32,000 nt of DNA, taken from NCBI GenBank assembly GCA_016699265.1, contig CP064967.1, positions 660,001 through 692,000 of the forward strand, in the 5' to 3' direction. Below are positions 24,397 to 32,000 of this stretch, one piece after another; the first letter of the stretch is position 1, and every line of letters begins with the position of its first letter. This stretch comes from Candidatus Saccharimonadota bacterium (GTDB lineage Bacteria; Patescibacteriota; Microgenomatia; UBA1406; GWC2-37-13). The translations under genes were made by a program, and so were the position numbers. The notes beneath the pieces are model-generated. The model saw only the letters and a list, made by a program, of their open reading frames with translations, was not told the DNA's origin and made no database searches.

Positions 24397-25053
24397 TTAC
24401 CTTGGCTGCCAGTTAACTGGATTCGAGGTATCATGAACACTATTTTTATTCTTTGAAACCGCGTAAAATACTACAAAGTTGTGAGGAATTTTATCTGCTG
24501 AAATACATTTTTTCATCATAGCAATGCAGTCTTCATGACTTAACCAAACCGCCGCTTCCCAATAATCATTTTCAGGACATCTGTCTTCTGCGTTCACTCC
24601 TCCAAATCTAATGCAGAAAACGTCCAGTTTTTGCTTAGAATATTTTCTACCAAGATCCTCGATATAAACCTTGTCGGCACCGTATGCAGAAAATGGCACG
24701 GGGTCTCTGTCGACAGATAATTTATCTGCTCCCTTCCAATCATAAAAATTGTCAGCATGTACTGAGCTCGCCATAATAACTCTCCCAACCTTTGCTTCAA
24801 CCGCTGCTTTGTAGACATTTCTAGCCATGGCTAAGTCGTCCTCATTGGATGACTCTTCGGTGCTCTTATCTCGACTTTTTGCCAAATGAATAACAGTATC
24901 TACGCCATTTAGATTACTGAGCAGCTGTTCGTAATTTCTTGCGTCCACCTCAGGTAGATTCAAAGATTTTATATTAAATCCCTTTAATCCTTTTAGAAGA
25001 ACTGTACCAATAATTCCGTGCGACCCCGTAATCGCAATGAGTGATGAAGACAC
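24397..25053 (-). CDS. Short NAD(P)-dependent epimerase/dehydratase-type SDR
   Basis: ITGSHGIIGTVL (GxxGxxG) and YGADK (YxxxK) are present. The GTG start at 25053 lies 5 nt after TATAAT (25064..25059). Confidence 0.65.
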   Translation of the reverse strand: MSSSLIAITGSHGIIGTVLLKGLKGFNIKSLNLPEVDARNYEQLLSNLNGVDTVIHLAKSRDKSTEESSNEDDLAMARNVYKAAVEAKVGRVIMASSVHADNFYDWKGADKLSVDRDPVPFSAYGADKVYIEDLGRKYSKQKLDVFCIRFGGVNAEDRCPENDYWEAAVWLSHEDCIAMMKKCISADKIPHNFVVFYAVSKNKNSVHDTSNPVNWQPR

Positions 25054-25106
25054 GTGTAATTATATCAAAACATCATAGCTTCTCATTCTGTATACTTGAC
25101 TGTTAT

Positions 25107-26027
25107 ATGGTTAAATTACAACGCTCAGATAAAAATCCCATTTTGTCTCCATCAAATCTACCGTGGGAAAACATGCTCGTCTTTAATCCGGGTGCAATAA
25201 TGATAAAGGATAAGGTTTATCTCATTTATAGAGCAAGGGCTAAAGATAGTATTTACTCTCGCTTAGGGTTGGCCGTAAGTACCGACGGCATTAATTTTGA
25301 AAGGTTTAATGAACCAATGTATTACGGCAAGAACCACGTTGATGAATCTCTTGGGATAGAGGATCCACGAGTTGTGATGATAGATGATACTGTTTACCTT
25401 ACCTATACGGCGGTTTCTGAGGACCTTGATGCTGAAGTGAACCCTAATTGGAAAGAAAAAATTGCAAAAAAACCAAGAATTGCCCTGTCAACTACCAAAG
25501 ACTTCAAAGAGTTTGTAGATTATGACATTATTATTCCGGGTCTTTCAGGCAAAAATTCCAGCTTATTCCCAAAAATAATAAACGGTGAACACTGGCTTCT
25601 TTACCGGGCTGGAGCGGGAAAGACATACTTTGCAAAATCATCGAACCTTACTTCTTGGCGAAATGCGTCTCCTGTTTTTGAAGAGCGACCGGGTATGTGG
25701 GACTCTGTACGTACCGGTATTGGGGCTCCACCTATAGAAACGAGCAAAGGATGGTTACTTTTCTACCATGGAGTTGATGAAAAAAATACGTATAGACTAG
25801 GGATAATGTTATTGGACCTTCATAATCCTCTAAAGATTTTATATCGATCTCCAGAACCAATCTTTGAACCAGAAACCGATTACGAAAAATTTGGATACAT
25901 CAATAATGTCGTATTCACCTGTGGCGCCGTAGAGAAAGATGGTAAATATTTTGTGTATTACGGTGCTGCTGATGAAGTTATAGGAGTTGCAACGGTGGAG
26001 AAAGAGTTGGTACTAGGACTTTTTTAA
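25107..26027 (+). CDS. GH130-family glycoside phosphorylase/hydrolase (DUF377, PH1107-related)
   Basis: NPILSPSNLPWENMLVFNPGAIMIKDKVYLIYRA...GIEDPRVVMIDDTVYLTYTA...LLFYHGVD...YYGAAD shows the five-bladed propeller repeats of GH130. The start is taken at ATG 25107 rather than the track start 25041. Confidence 0.8.
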   Translation: MVKLQRSDKNPILSPSNLPWENMLVFNPGAIMIKDKVYLIYRARAKDSIYSRLGLAVSTDGINFERFNEPMYYGKNHVDESLGIEDPRVVMIDDTVYLTYTAVSEDLDAEVNPNWKEKIAKKPRIALSTTKDFKEFVDYDIIIPGLSGKNSSLFPKIINGEHWLLYRAGAGKTYFAKSSNLTSWRNASPVFEERPGMWDSVRTGIGAPPIETSKGWLLFYHGVDEKNTYRLGIMLLDLHNPLKILYRSPEPIFEPETDYEKFGYINNVVFTCGAVEKDGKYFVYYGAADEVIGVATVEKELVLGLF

Positions 26028-28220
26028 AAAATTTTGTAAAGAGAGACAGGACATGAGGAAGCAAACAATGGACTCTGCACCTTCATTCTGATTAACACCT
26101 CTCAATGTAAGACCATCGTACACTCCCTTTGTGTTCTCGTCATAGATAAATCTACGATTTCTATTATTTCCAAAAAACCACTCAAACGCGAGTCGCGCTT
26201 GATTGTAATACATCTTTTTATGCAGCGCTTTAGATGCGAATAGGTACGCATCAACTGCCGCTGCGGCTTCTAAAGGCTGTTGATCATAATTTGCCTTTAC
26301 CTTACCTTTTCCGTACCACCCATCCTGCCCAATAAAATCAAAGTAACCATTCTTCTTGTCAAAGTTGCATTCAGTTATAAAATTTAAGGTGACGGTGGCG
26401 ACCTGCTTATACTTTTCGGATCCTGTGATTATGTATGCAGCAAACAATGCTTGTGGAAGACGAAAATTATCGTAAGTAACACTATCTTCAAACCAATTCC
26501 ATGTGGTTGAACAATTTTTCTCATATGCTTTGACTAAAAAATTAGCAAGCTTTTTCATATGCTCCTTCGCGAGTCCAGCTGCATCCGTTTTCGTTTCATA
26601 GGTTAAAACGTAATAATATAGCCCAAGCATTGTATACGCTGCTGTTCTAAGATCGCGTATATTCTCCATCTGAGAAAGATTTCTTACAAAAATCGAGTGC
26701 ACCGACTGTGCCAGGCGAGAACTTTCATTAAAATACAGATTTATTCCAAGAGCCCACATAGCTTTACCGTATGGATCGGTCACATCCGTCGCATCATCCC
26801 AACTTCCGTTGAAGTTTAGAAATGTGTGAAATGTTCCATTCGTCTCCTGAGCAAAGGTAAGGTAGCTAATATAGAGCTCTACGAGTTTCAATGTTTCACT
26901 AGACTTATTGTGTTTGTATAATTCCGAGACCACAATGAGCGCTCTTGCATTGTCATCGGTGCTGTACCCAAATTTTCTGTCTGGGATTGCATGATGTGTA
27001 TGCTGAATCACACCGACCGCATCAGTTAGACGAGCAAGATATGAAATATCCAATGGCTTAGTAATAAAAGATTCGGCTAAGGCTTTTGTGTCTGCTTGCT
27101 CAAGAATTTTTTCATACAGCTTGATATGTTTTTCCGCAACCCGTGACCATCGCATATCCTTTCTTAATGTGGTTATGCTCATCTCGAGTTTATGGAGTTT
27201 TTTTGGATTTCTATAAAGATCTACAAGTGCTTGCGAGATTGCTTCACTATCTCGAAAAGGAACTAGAGTTCCTCTACCCTTAGCTAACATTGCTTTTGCA
27301 TACACGTACTCAGTTGCAATACAGGCCTTACCTGCGCCAATTGCATAGGATAGAGTACCTGACGTAATTTGTTGAGGATCGAGATAAGGAGTAATGTATA
27401 CATCGGAGGCAGCCAAAAATAACTGCAATTTCTCAAGAGGAACATACTCGTTAATAAAAACGACGTTTTTTTCAATTTGAAGCTTTTTCACAAGCTCCAT
27501 AAGCTCTTCTCTGTAAGACTCTCCCTCGGTTGCTTTAACTAGCGGATGCGTTTCCCCTACTATAAGAAACTTGAGATTTGGAATGCTCTTGGCAGCCTCC
27601 GATACCGCTTCGATAGCATATTCCATCCCTTTAGATCTGCTCAATAAATTATTAGCAAGAAGAATGAATGAGTCCGAATAATCAATTATTTTTTTTGCAT
27701 CAAACTTCTTCATACTTATGACAGGAGCACCATGCAAAATAAAAACACTATCATTTGGATTCAGTCCATACACTTGTTCAAGTCTATTTTTTGCCACTTC
27801 GTCCATGACGATAGTAAATCTGCTAAGACGAGACAGTTCCTGAACTATATACTTTTGACGATCTGTGGGAGTAAGCAATACTGTGTGAAATGTAACGACT
27901 AATGGTTTTTTAAGAAGCGTTGCAAAACCAAGAATATACTCTCCATCATCTCCACCAAATAAGCCAAACTCATGTTGTAAATGAACAATTTCCGAAGAAT
28001 CGCCGTTAATTGAATTGGCTAGTTTTTCGTAGTCTGTAAGCTTTTCCTGCCGAATTATCTTTTCAACTGGTTTGGAGTACTCTTGTGGAAGAAGGGAGTT
28101 TTCCATCGCGACAATTGAGATCGTGTTATGCTGTTTTGCTACCTCTGCAGATAGATCACGAGTGTATGTTGCAATACCACATTTCCGAGGAACGAAAGAT
28201 GAAATATATGTAATTCGCAT
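26013..28220 (-). CDS. Fusion: N-terminal GT4 (group 1) glycosyltransferase plus C-terminal (alpha/alpha)6-barrel glycoside-hydrolase-like domain
   Basis: 735 aa. The N-terminal half has a GT-B layout (MRITYISSFVPRKCGIATYTRDL...GFATLLKKPLVVTFHT...ITPYL..QITSGTLSYAIGAGKA). The C-terminal half is helical-repeat rich and ends ...GVNQNEGAESIVCFL. Confidence 0.7.
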   Translation of the reverse strand: MRITYISSFVPRKCGIATYTRDLSAEVAKQHNTISIVAMENSLLPQEYSKPVEKIIRQEKLTDYEKLANSINGDSSEIVHLQHEFGLFGGDDGEYILGFATLLKKPLVVTFHTVLLTPTDRQKYIVQELSRLSRFTIVMDEVAKNRLEQVYGLNPNDSVFILHGAPVISMKKFDAKKIIDYSDSFILLANNLLSRSKGMEYAIEAVSEAAKSIPNLKFLIVGETHPLVKATEGESYREELMELVKKLQIEKNVVFINEYVPLEKLQLFLAASDVYITPYLDPQQITSGTLSYAIGAGKACIATEYVYAKAMLAKGRGTLVPFRDSEAISQALVDLYRNPKKLHKLEMSITTLRKDMRWSRVAEKHIKLYEKILEQADTKALAESFITKPLDISYLARLTDAVGVIQHTHHAIPDRKFGYSTDDNARALIVVSELYKHNKSSETLKLVELYISYLTFAQETNGTFHTFLNFNGSWDDATDVTDPYGKAMWALGINLYFNESSRLAQSVHSIFVRNLSQMENIRDLRTAAYTMLGLYYYVLTYETKTDAAGLAKEHMKKLANFLVKAYEKNCSTTWNWFEDSVTYDNFRLPQALFAAYIITGSEKYKQVATVTLNFITECNFDKKNGYFDFIGQDGWYGKGKVKANYDQQPLEAAAAVDAYLFASKALHKKMYYNQARLAFEWFFGNNRNRRFIYDENTKGVYDGLTLRGVNQNEGAESIVCFLMSCLSLQNFLKKS

Positions 28221-28320
28221 AAGGAAGCTACGCTCTAAGAAGTAACAATTTAGGGAAGCTTAATATGAGCTAATTATACTCTGTTTGATCCAGTAAGTAA
28301 ACCGGCTATGCCAACTATAT

Positions 28321-28647
28321 TTAGTCTACAAGTGGATATTGCTTAGAGCGCCACATGAGAAGTCCATTGGTCAAGCTGAAAACATTCTTATAGCCTAGCT
28401 TCACCAGCATATCAACTGCAATAGTGCTTCTTGACCCACTCAGACAGTAAACGTATATCGTTTTATCTTTATTAGGTAAAAACGACGTAATTTTGTCACC
28501 TATTTCATCAACTGGAATATTTATACTTCCTTCAATTCTTCCTTTACTAAACTCTCCTGAAGTTCGCACATCAAGAAAAACTACAGTTCTTTTTTCGGTC
28601 AGTGCTTTATACGCTTCATCTGCTGTTATCTGTGGAGCCATGGTCAT
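28321..28647 (-). CDS. Single-domain rhodanese-like sulfurtransferase
   Basis: It has an active-site loop YCLSGSRS, with FLDVRTSGEF upstream. The track start is TTG 28656, but ATG 28647 is more likely. Confidence 0.8.
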   Translation of the reverse strand: MTMAPQITADEAYKALTEKRTVVFLDVRTSGEFSKGRIEGSINIPVDEIGDKITSFLPNKDKTIYVYCLSGSRSTIAVDMLVKLGYKNVFSLTNGLLMWRSKQYPLVD

Positions 28648-28663
28648 GTTTATCAAAATACAC

Positions 28664-29338
28664 TTAATGAATAAGACTTAAAATATTTTCAATTTGAGTA
28701 GCGGTATCGATGATGTGGTCAACTCCGAGTATACCTGCTTCACCTCGGGTGAGATGACCAGTTAACACTACTACCGGCTTCACGTGAGCGTTAAATGCCA
28801 TCTCGACATCGGTCTTTGCATCACCAACAAACACGGTCTCTTCTGGAGAAATATTTTGTTCTTTCATAATAACTTCCAACATGTAGGGATTAGGTTTTGT
28901 TTTTTCTTGATCAACGATTTCATGAGATGTGATTATTCGAGAAAAAACTGATGGAATATAGAACTTAGGAATTATTCTCTCACTCAACATCTTCTGATCG
29001 TTTCCCGTTGCAACCGCAAGCGTATATTTATTTTTTAATCGGAGAAGAGTTTCGTTTATACCACTGACTAACCGTAAGGAATCAACAAAGGTATTCCCCC
29101 AAAACTCTTTGTCGTATACTCGACAAGCCTCGTCCACTAACTCAGGATTCTCTTTTAATAGTTCTTCGATTTCGGTACGAAACGATTTACCCCACTTGGC
29201 AAGTATTCGTTTCTTTTCTTCCTCAGGAGAAAGAGTAACACCAACGGCAGAAATCGCTTTATGATAGCACTTAAAGTAACCCTCCTTCGCTCCAAGGGTT
29301 ATGACATCGTCCCAGTCGAAAATAATCAATTTAACCAT
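28664..29338 (-). CDS. HAD-superfamily hydrolase (phosphoglycolate phosphatase-like subfamily IA)
   Basis: Motif I is IIFDWDDVIT, motif II is VATGN and motif IV is FVGDAKTDVEMA. All are intact. Confidence 0.8.
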   Translation of the reverse strand: MVKLIIFDWDDVITLGAKEGYFKCYHKAISAVGVTLSPEEEKKRILAKWGKSFRTEIEELLKENPELVDEACRVYDKEFWGNTFVDSLRLVSGINETLLRLKNKYTLAVATGNDQKMLSERIIPKFYIPSVFSRIITSHEIVDQEKTKPNPYMLEVIMKEQNISPEETVFVGDAKTDVEMAFNAHVKPVVVLTGHLTRGEAGILGVDHIIDTATQIENILSLIH

Positions 29339-29393
29339 GGATGAAGTATATCAAGCGGGATAAGTCCAGGCGAGTGGACGACGTTAGAATCTT

Positions 29394-29945
29394 TTATTTA
29401 AACTGTTCTTCGATAAATTTTACTAATTGAGGAAATTCTTTATATCCGTCTCGTTCCATAAAGTGACCCGCATTTTGAATTGAGATAAATTTCGCATTCA
29501 GTTTTTCTGCCATTTTTTTAGATCTTTCAAGATCAATCCAAGGATCATTAGTTGAATTAACTATGACAAGCGGGGTATTTTTCCTTTTTAAAGCTTTGTA
29601 GTCAAAGTCCGTATCGTAAAAGGTTATATGGAACTCTTTTACATCTTCCATGAGCCAGTTCCATGCAGCTACCATTATGGCTCCCATAATTTTAGTGTCT
29701 GTCTTCTGCAAATATTTGAGGATTAATGCATTTGACAGTGAATGCCCTATCAATAGTGTGTTTTCATCAGGAGATAGAGAAACTAATGTATCCATCCACT
29801 CGCTAAGTTTTGGATTTTTAGTGTTGGGCATTTCCGGAATTTCTACATTCCAGCCTTTTTCTTGAAGTTGTTTTCCAACCCATGGCAACCATTCATTCTG
29901 TGGAGTCCCTTCCCATCCATGAATAAGAATTGCTCGTTTCTTCAT
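29394..29945 (-). CDS. RBBP9/YdeN-family alpha/beta serine hydrolase
   Basis: ILIHGWEGTPQNEWLPW and the nucleophile elbow IGHSLS are present. The length of 183 aa is typical of the family. Confidence 0.75.
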   Translation of the reverse strand: MKKRAILIHGWEGTPQNEWLPWVGKQLQEKGWNVEIPEMPNTKNPKLSEWMDTLVSLSPDENTLLIGHSLSNALILKYLQKTDTKIMGAIMVAAWNWLMEDVKEFHITFYDTDFDYKALKRKNTPLVIVNSTNDPWIDLERSKKMAEKLNAKFISIQNAGHFMERDGYKEFPQLVKFIEEQFK

Positions 29946-30004
29946 GCAGAAATTATACCAAAAAGGTTCGAACGTCTGCGTCCCTATGAAGCTAAAATGA
30001 CCGA

Positions 30005-30022
30005 GTCCAGGGGGAGGGATTC
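30005..30022. repeat. 18-nt exact duplicate of the tRNA-Tyr 3' end (att-like remnant)
   Basis: gtccagggggagggattc at 30005-30022 is identical to 30114-30131 (T-loop through discriminator of the tRNA gene plus 1 nt). Confidence 0.8.
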
Positions 30023-30070
30023 ACATTCGACTCGCTAATGCTCGCTCAGGGTAAACTTCTCATCCCTCCC
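30012..30070. repeat. GC-rich palindromic element related to the recJ insert
   Basis: A 9-bp inverted repeat GGGAGGGAT (30012-30020) / ATCCCTCCC (30062-30070) encloses ctcgctaatgctcg (30031-30044). That 14-mer matches ctcgcaaacgctcg of the recJ element (17062-17075) at 12/14 positions. Confidence 0.5.
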
Positions 30071-30076
30071 GATTAC

Positions 30077-30109
30077 AAAAAAATGGACAGGAAGAATCCT
30101 GTCATTTTT
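30077..30109. terminator. Bidirectional rho-independent terminator downstream of tRNA-Tyr
   Basis: A7, GACAGG, aagaat, CCTGTC, aT5. On the minus strand the stem is followed by cattttttt. Confidence 0.7.
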
Positions 30110-30114
30110 CTGGG

Positions 30115-30197
30115 TCCAGGGGGAGGGATTCGAACCCCCGGAGGCTTACGCCGCTAGATTTACAGTCTAGTACAATTGGCCACTCTGTCACCCCTGG
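30115..30197 (-). tRNA. tRNA-Tyr (anticodon GTA), long-variable-arm type
   Basis: Manual fold of CCAGGGG-TG-ACAGAGTGGCCAATTGT-A-CTAGA-CTGTAAA-TCTAG-CGGCGTAAGCCTCC-GGGGG-TTCGAAT-CCCTC-CCCCTGG-A. It has a perfect 7-bp acceptor stem, a 5-bp anticodon stem, a GTA anticodon, a variable arm and a TTCGAAT T-loop. CCA is not encoded. Confidence 0.85.
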
Positions 30198-30290
30198 TAT
30201 GAAGTAATTATATCATTAGATCGTCGCCACCCGCCCTATTAATTTACCTATCTCTTCTTTTGAATTATAATAATTTGGTATAATAACACT

Positions 30291-31232
30291 ATGTTCAAGA
30301 CTTGGTTTCAAACATTCAAGACAGCGCTAACCCAACCAAAAGAGTATAAGAACCTTTCACAAAGAAGTTTCTGGAGTGGATATTGGTATTTATTTCTACT
30401 TGTCCTGATCGGCATCTTTCTTAAAACGCTAGTGTTTGCGTCGGGCATGGTTGTGGCCGTACCGTTCGTAAAATCTCAGCTCCCAATGGTTAAAAATCAG
30501 ATTAGAACAGCATTTCCTCAAGACCTTGTGGTGAAAGTTGAGAACGGAACCGCATCAACAAACGTACAAGAGCCCTATGTCATCACGCTTCATCAACTCA
30601 TTCCTCAACTTAAAAATGAGAAAAACGTAAATCTAATAACAATCGATACCCAAGCGCAGGTAGAGCAGTACCAAAGCTACAAGACAGGCTTTCTCCTTAC
30701 AAAAATGAACCTCGTGTATCCCTCAAGAAATAACTCTTCAAGCAATGCGTACGAGGTTCTTCCTCTTAGTAATATTAAAGAACCAATTACCATTGATAAA
30801 ACAACCTATGGATTGGTAATCGCTCAAGTGCTTCCTTTCGTTGATAAGGTTCCTCAGATAATGTATGGACTAGCTGCCATCTCCGTAATACTATTTCCCC
30901 TTTTCGGTGCATTTTTCTTCGTCAACGGTAGTTTATTCTATCTGCTTGTCATGGCTCTTGTCCTCTTAGTTATCGCAAAAATAATGAAGCGAGACTTGTC
31001 GTATCGAGTAATGTACAAGGCATCGATGTTCGGTCTTACATTTCCACTTGTCGTAACCTATGTAGCCGATCTCCTCAGAGTGCAAATTTCAGGGCTTTAC
31101 AACCTTGCATTCTTGGGTTGGATGATTTGTGTCTTGACACTTTATCCCAAATCCATATATACTCAAATCAATGCTAAACCGAAGAAAGTTCCATCTCGTA
31201 AAACACTATCTACTCGTAATCGCAGGGCTTAA
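30291..31232 (+). CDS. Polytopic membrane protein (possibly DUF1189-like)
   Basis: 313 aa. The N-terminus FKTALTQPKEYKNLSQRSFWSGYWYLFLLVLIGIF and several C-terminal TM helices are present. The family call rests on a weak recollection only. Confidence 0.45.
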   Translation: MFKTWFQTFKTALTQPKEYKNLSQRSFWSGYWYLFLLVLIGIFLKTLVFASGMVVAVPFVKSQLPMVKNQIRTAFPQDLVVKVENGTASTNVQEPYVITLHQLIPQLKNEKNVNLITIDTQAQVEQYQSYKTGFLLTKMNLVYPSRNNSSSNAYEVLPLSNIKEPITIDKTTYGLVIAQVLPFVDKVPQIMYGLAAISVILFPLFGAFFFVNGSLFYLLVMALVLLVIAKIMKRDLSYRVMYKASMFGLTFPLVVTYVADLLRVQISGLYNLAFLGWMICVLTLYPKSIYTQINAKPKKVPSRKTLSTRNRRA

Positions 31233-31392
31233 TCTTGGTATTGTTGGAATCTTTCAGGTCGATCTATTTCAGTCATTCTTCGGAGCATCTCCCCTTCTTA
31301 TCAGAGTCCTCTACGTTCTTATCGGAACATCTGCAATTATGGATCTCATGACGCATCAGGCAAACTGCAAACTTTGCCTTAAGAAAAGGTGA
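31171..31392 (+). CDS. DUF378-family small membrane protein
   Basis: LLVIAGLNLGIVGIFQVDLFQSFFG...RVLYVLIGTSAI matches the DUF378 pattern (GaLNwGlvG...iiY.lvG). It overlaps the preceding ORF by 62 nt. Confidence 0.65.
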   Translation: MLNRRKFHLVKHYLLVIAGLNLGIVGIFQVDLFQSFFGASPLLIRVLYVLIGTSAIMDLMTHQANCKLCLKKR

Positions 31393-31421
31393 ACCAACTG
31401 TTATAAATTACACAAAAATAT

Positions 31422-31568
31422 ATGGCAAAAAGAAAAGCAAATACCGTAGCTAGACGAAGCGTTCATCCTCTTGAGAGTCCAATCGTCCAGATCGGAATTG
31501 TCTTTATAGTGCTCTGCGCTCTTTTCCTCATGTTCTATGCAGGAAAAACAGTTCAGATGTATCAATAA
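31422..31568 (+). CDS. Small single-TM protein (48 aa, below the ORF-track cutoff)
   Basis: MAKRKANTVARRSVHPLESPIVQIGIVFIVLCALFLMFYAGKTVQMYQ, followed by a strong terminator. There is no homology evidence. Confidence 0.3.
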   Translation: MAKRKANTVARRSVHPLESPIVQIGIVFIVLCALFLMFYAGKTVQMYQ

Positions 31569-31585
31569 AACAGAAACCGTTTATT

Positions 31586-31614
31586 AAAAACCCCGCCGAC
31601 GGCGGGGTTTTTTT
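31586..31614. terminator. Bidirectional rho-independent terminator between the small ORF and groEL
   Basis: AAAAA-CCCCGCC-gac-GGCGGGG-TTTTTTT: a 7-bp GC stem with A/T runs on both sides. Confidence 0.8.
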
Positions 31615-31630
31615 AATAACAACTGACTTA

Positions 31631-32000
31631 TTAGTAGTCCATACCGCCTGGCATCTGTGGCATGGCTGGCGCCTGAGTCTTCTCTGGTTTGTCCGTGATA
31701 AGAGCCTCGGTTGTGAGAACCATAGCCGCAACAGAAATAGCGTTCTGCACTGCGCTACGTACAACCTTAAGAGGATCTATGATTCCGGCTGCAACCATAT
31801 CGATTGGCTGAGCATCCTCGACATTCTCAAGCTTCATCACATCATATCCAAAGCCCTTTGCGGAAAGTGTTCGTGCATTTGCAAGAACCTCGTTTGGATC
31901 GATACCCGCATTTTCCATCAGCTTTTTGAATGGTTGTTCGAGAGCTCGTTTGACAATGTTGAATCCAAGAAGTTCATCTTTATTCAACTTATCAGCCTTT
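31631..32000 (-). CDS. groL: Chaperonin GroEL, C-terminal part (gene continues past the right edge)
   Basis: ...GIIDPLKVVRSAVQNAISVAAMVLTTEALITDKPEK...MPGGMDY is the characteristic GroEL C-terminus and Gly-Met tail. Confidence 0.9.
   Translation of the reverse strand, partial: KADKLNKDELLGFNIVKRALEQPFKKLMENAGIDPNEVLANARTLSAKGFGYDVMKLENVEDAQPIDMVAAGIIDPLKVVRSAVQNAISVAAMVLTTEALITDKPEKTQAPAMPQMPGGMDY

Noticed and set aside
30023-30113. A present-day integrated genomic island at tRNA-Tyr
   Set aside because: Only 91 nt lie between the direct repeats, and no integrase or cargo genes flank the site. At most this is a scar or a miniature element (reported as a finding).
1-32000. A canonical defence, CRISPR-Cas, restriction-modification, retron, prophage or secretion system
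   Set aside because: No such system is visible in any frame. The only toxin-like element is the Doc locus, and rmuC and recJ are ordinary recombination genes in housekeeping context.

Overview
AT-rich, tightly packed bacterial window. The gene content looks like a reduced-genome, Candidate Phyla Radiation / Microgenomates-like organism: DUF4012, DUF3048, DUF4446, DUF5679, a minimal IF-2 and several eroded enzymes. This taxonomic call is inference only. Most of the window is housekeeping: secD/secF, rplY, nusA-infB, recJ, rmuC, archaeal-type aspS, a D-Ala-D-Ala carboxypeptidase, obg, tRNA-Tyr and the groEL 3' end. There is also a small glycan module (GT4 fusion plus GH130), a Doc toxin locus, and a nucleoside-related operon made of a PRTase-HAD fusion, a nucleoside hydrolase and a tRNA-binding protein. 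I found no CRISPR array, integrase, transposase, rRNA or recognisable multi-gene defence system. The points most worth a second look are these. (1) An attenuator-like leader with a leaderless 26-codon uORF and a hairpin plus U8 abutting the ATG of the PRTase-HAD gene. (2) Exact heptanucleotide arrays that fill two intergenic spacers and place stop codons in all frames. (3) A pervasive '-10 hexamer, 5-9 nt, start codon' (leaderless) architecture at about 17 transcription-unit starts. (4) A 90-nt GC-rich imperfect palindrome inserted in frame inside recJ, with related copies next to tRNA-Tyr and inside the obg promoter. (5) An 18-nt duplication of the tRNA-Tyr 3' end 109 nt away. (6) Five conserved genes (DUF3048, nucleoside hydrolase, rmuC, recJ, aspS) that are frame-disrupted as given, mostly at short homopolymers. 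Assembly indels are the most economical explanation, but this needs read-level checking. All family assignments come from reading motifs by eye; no searches were run.
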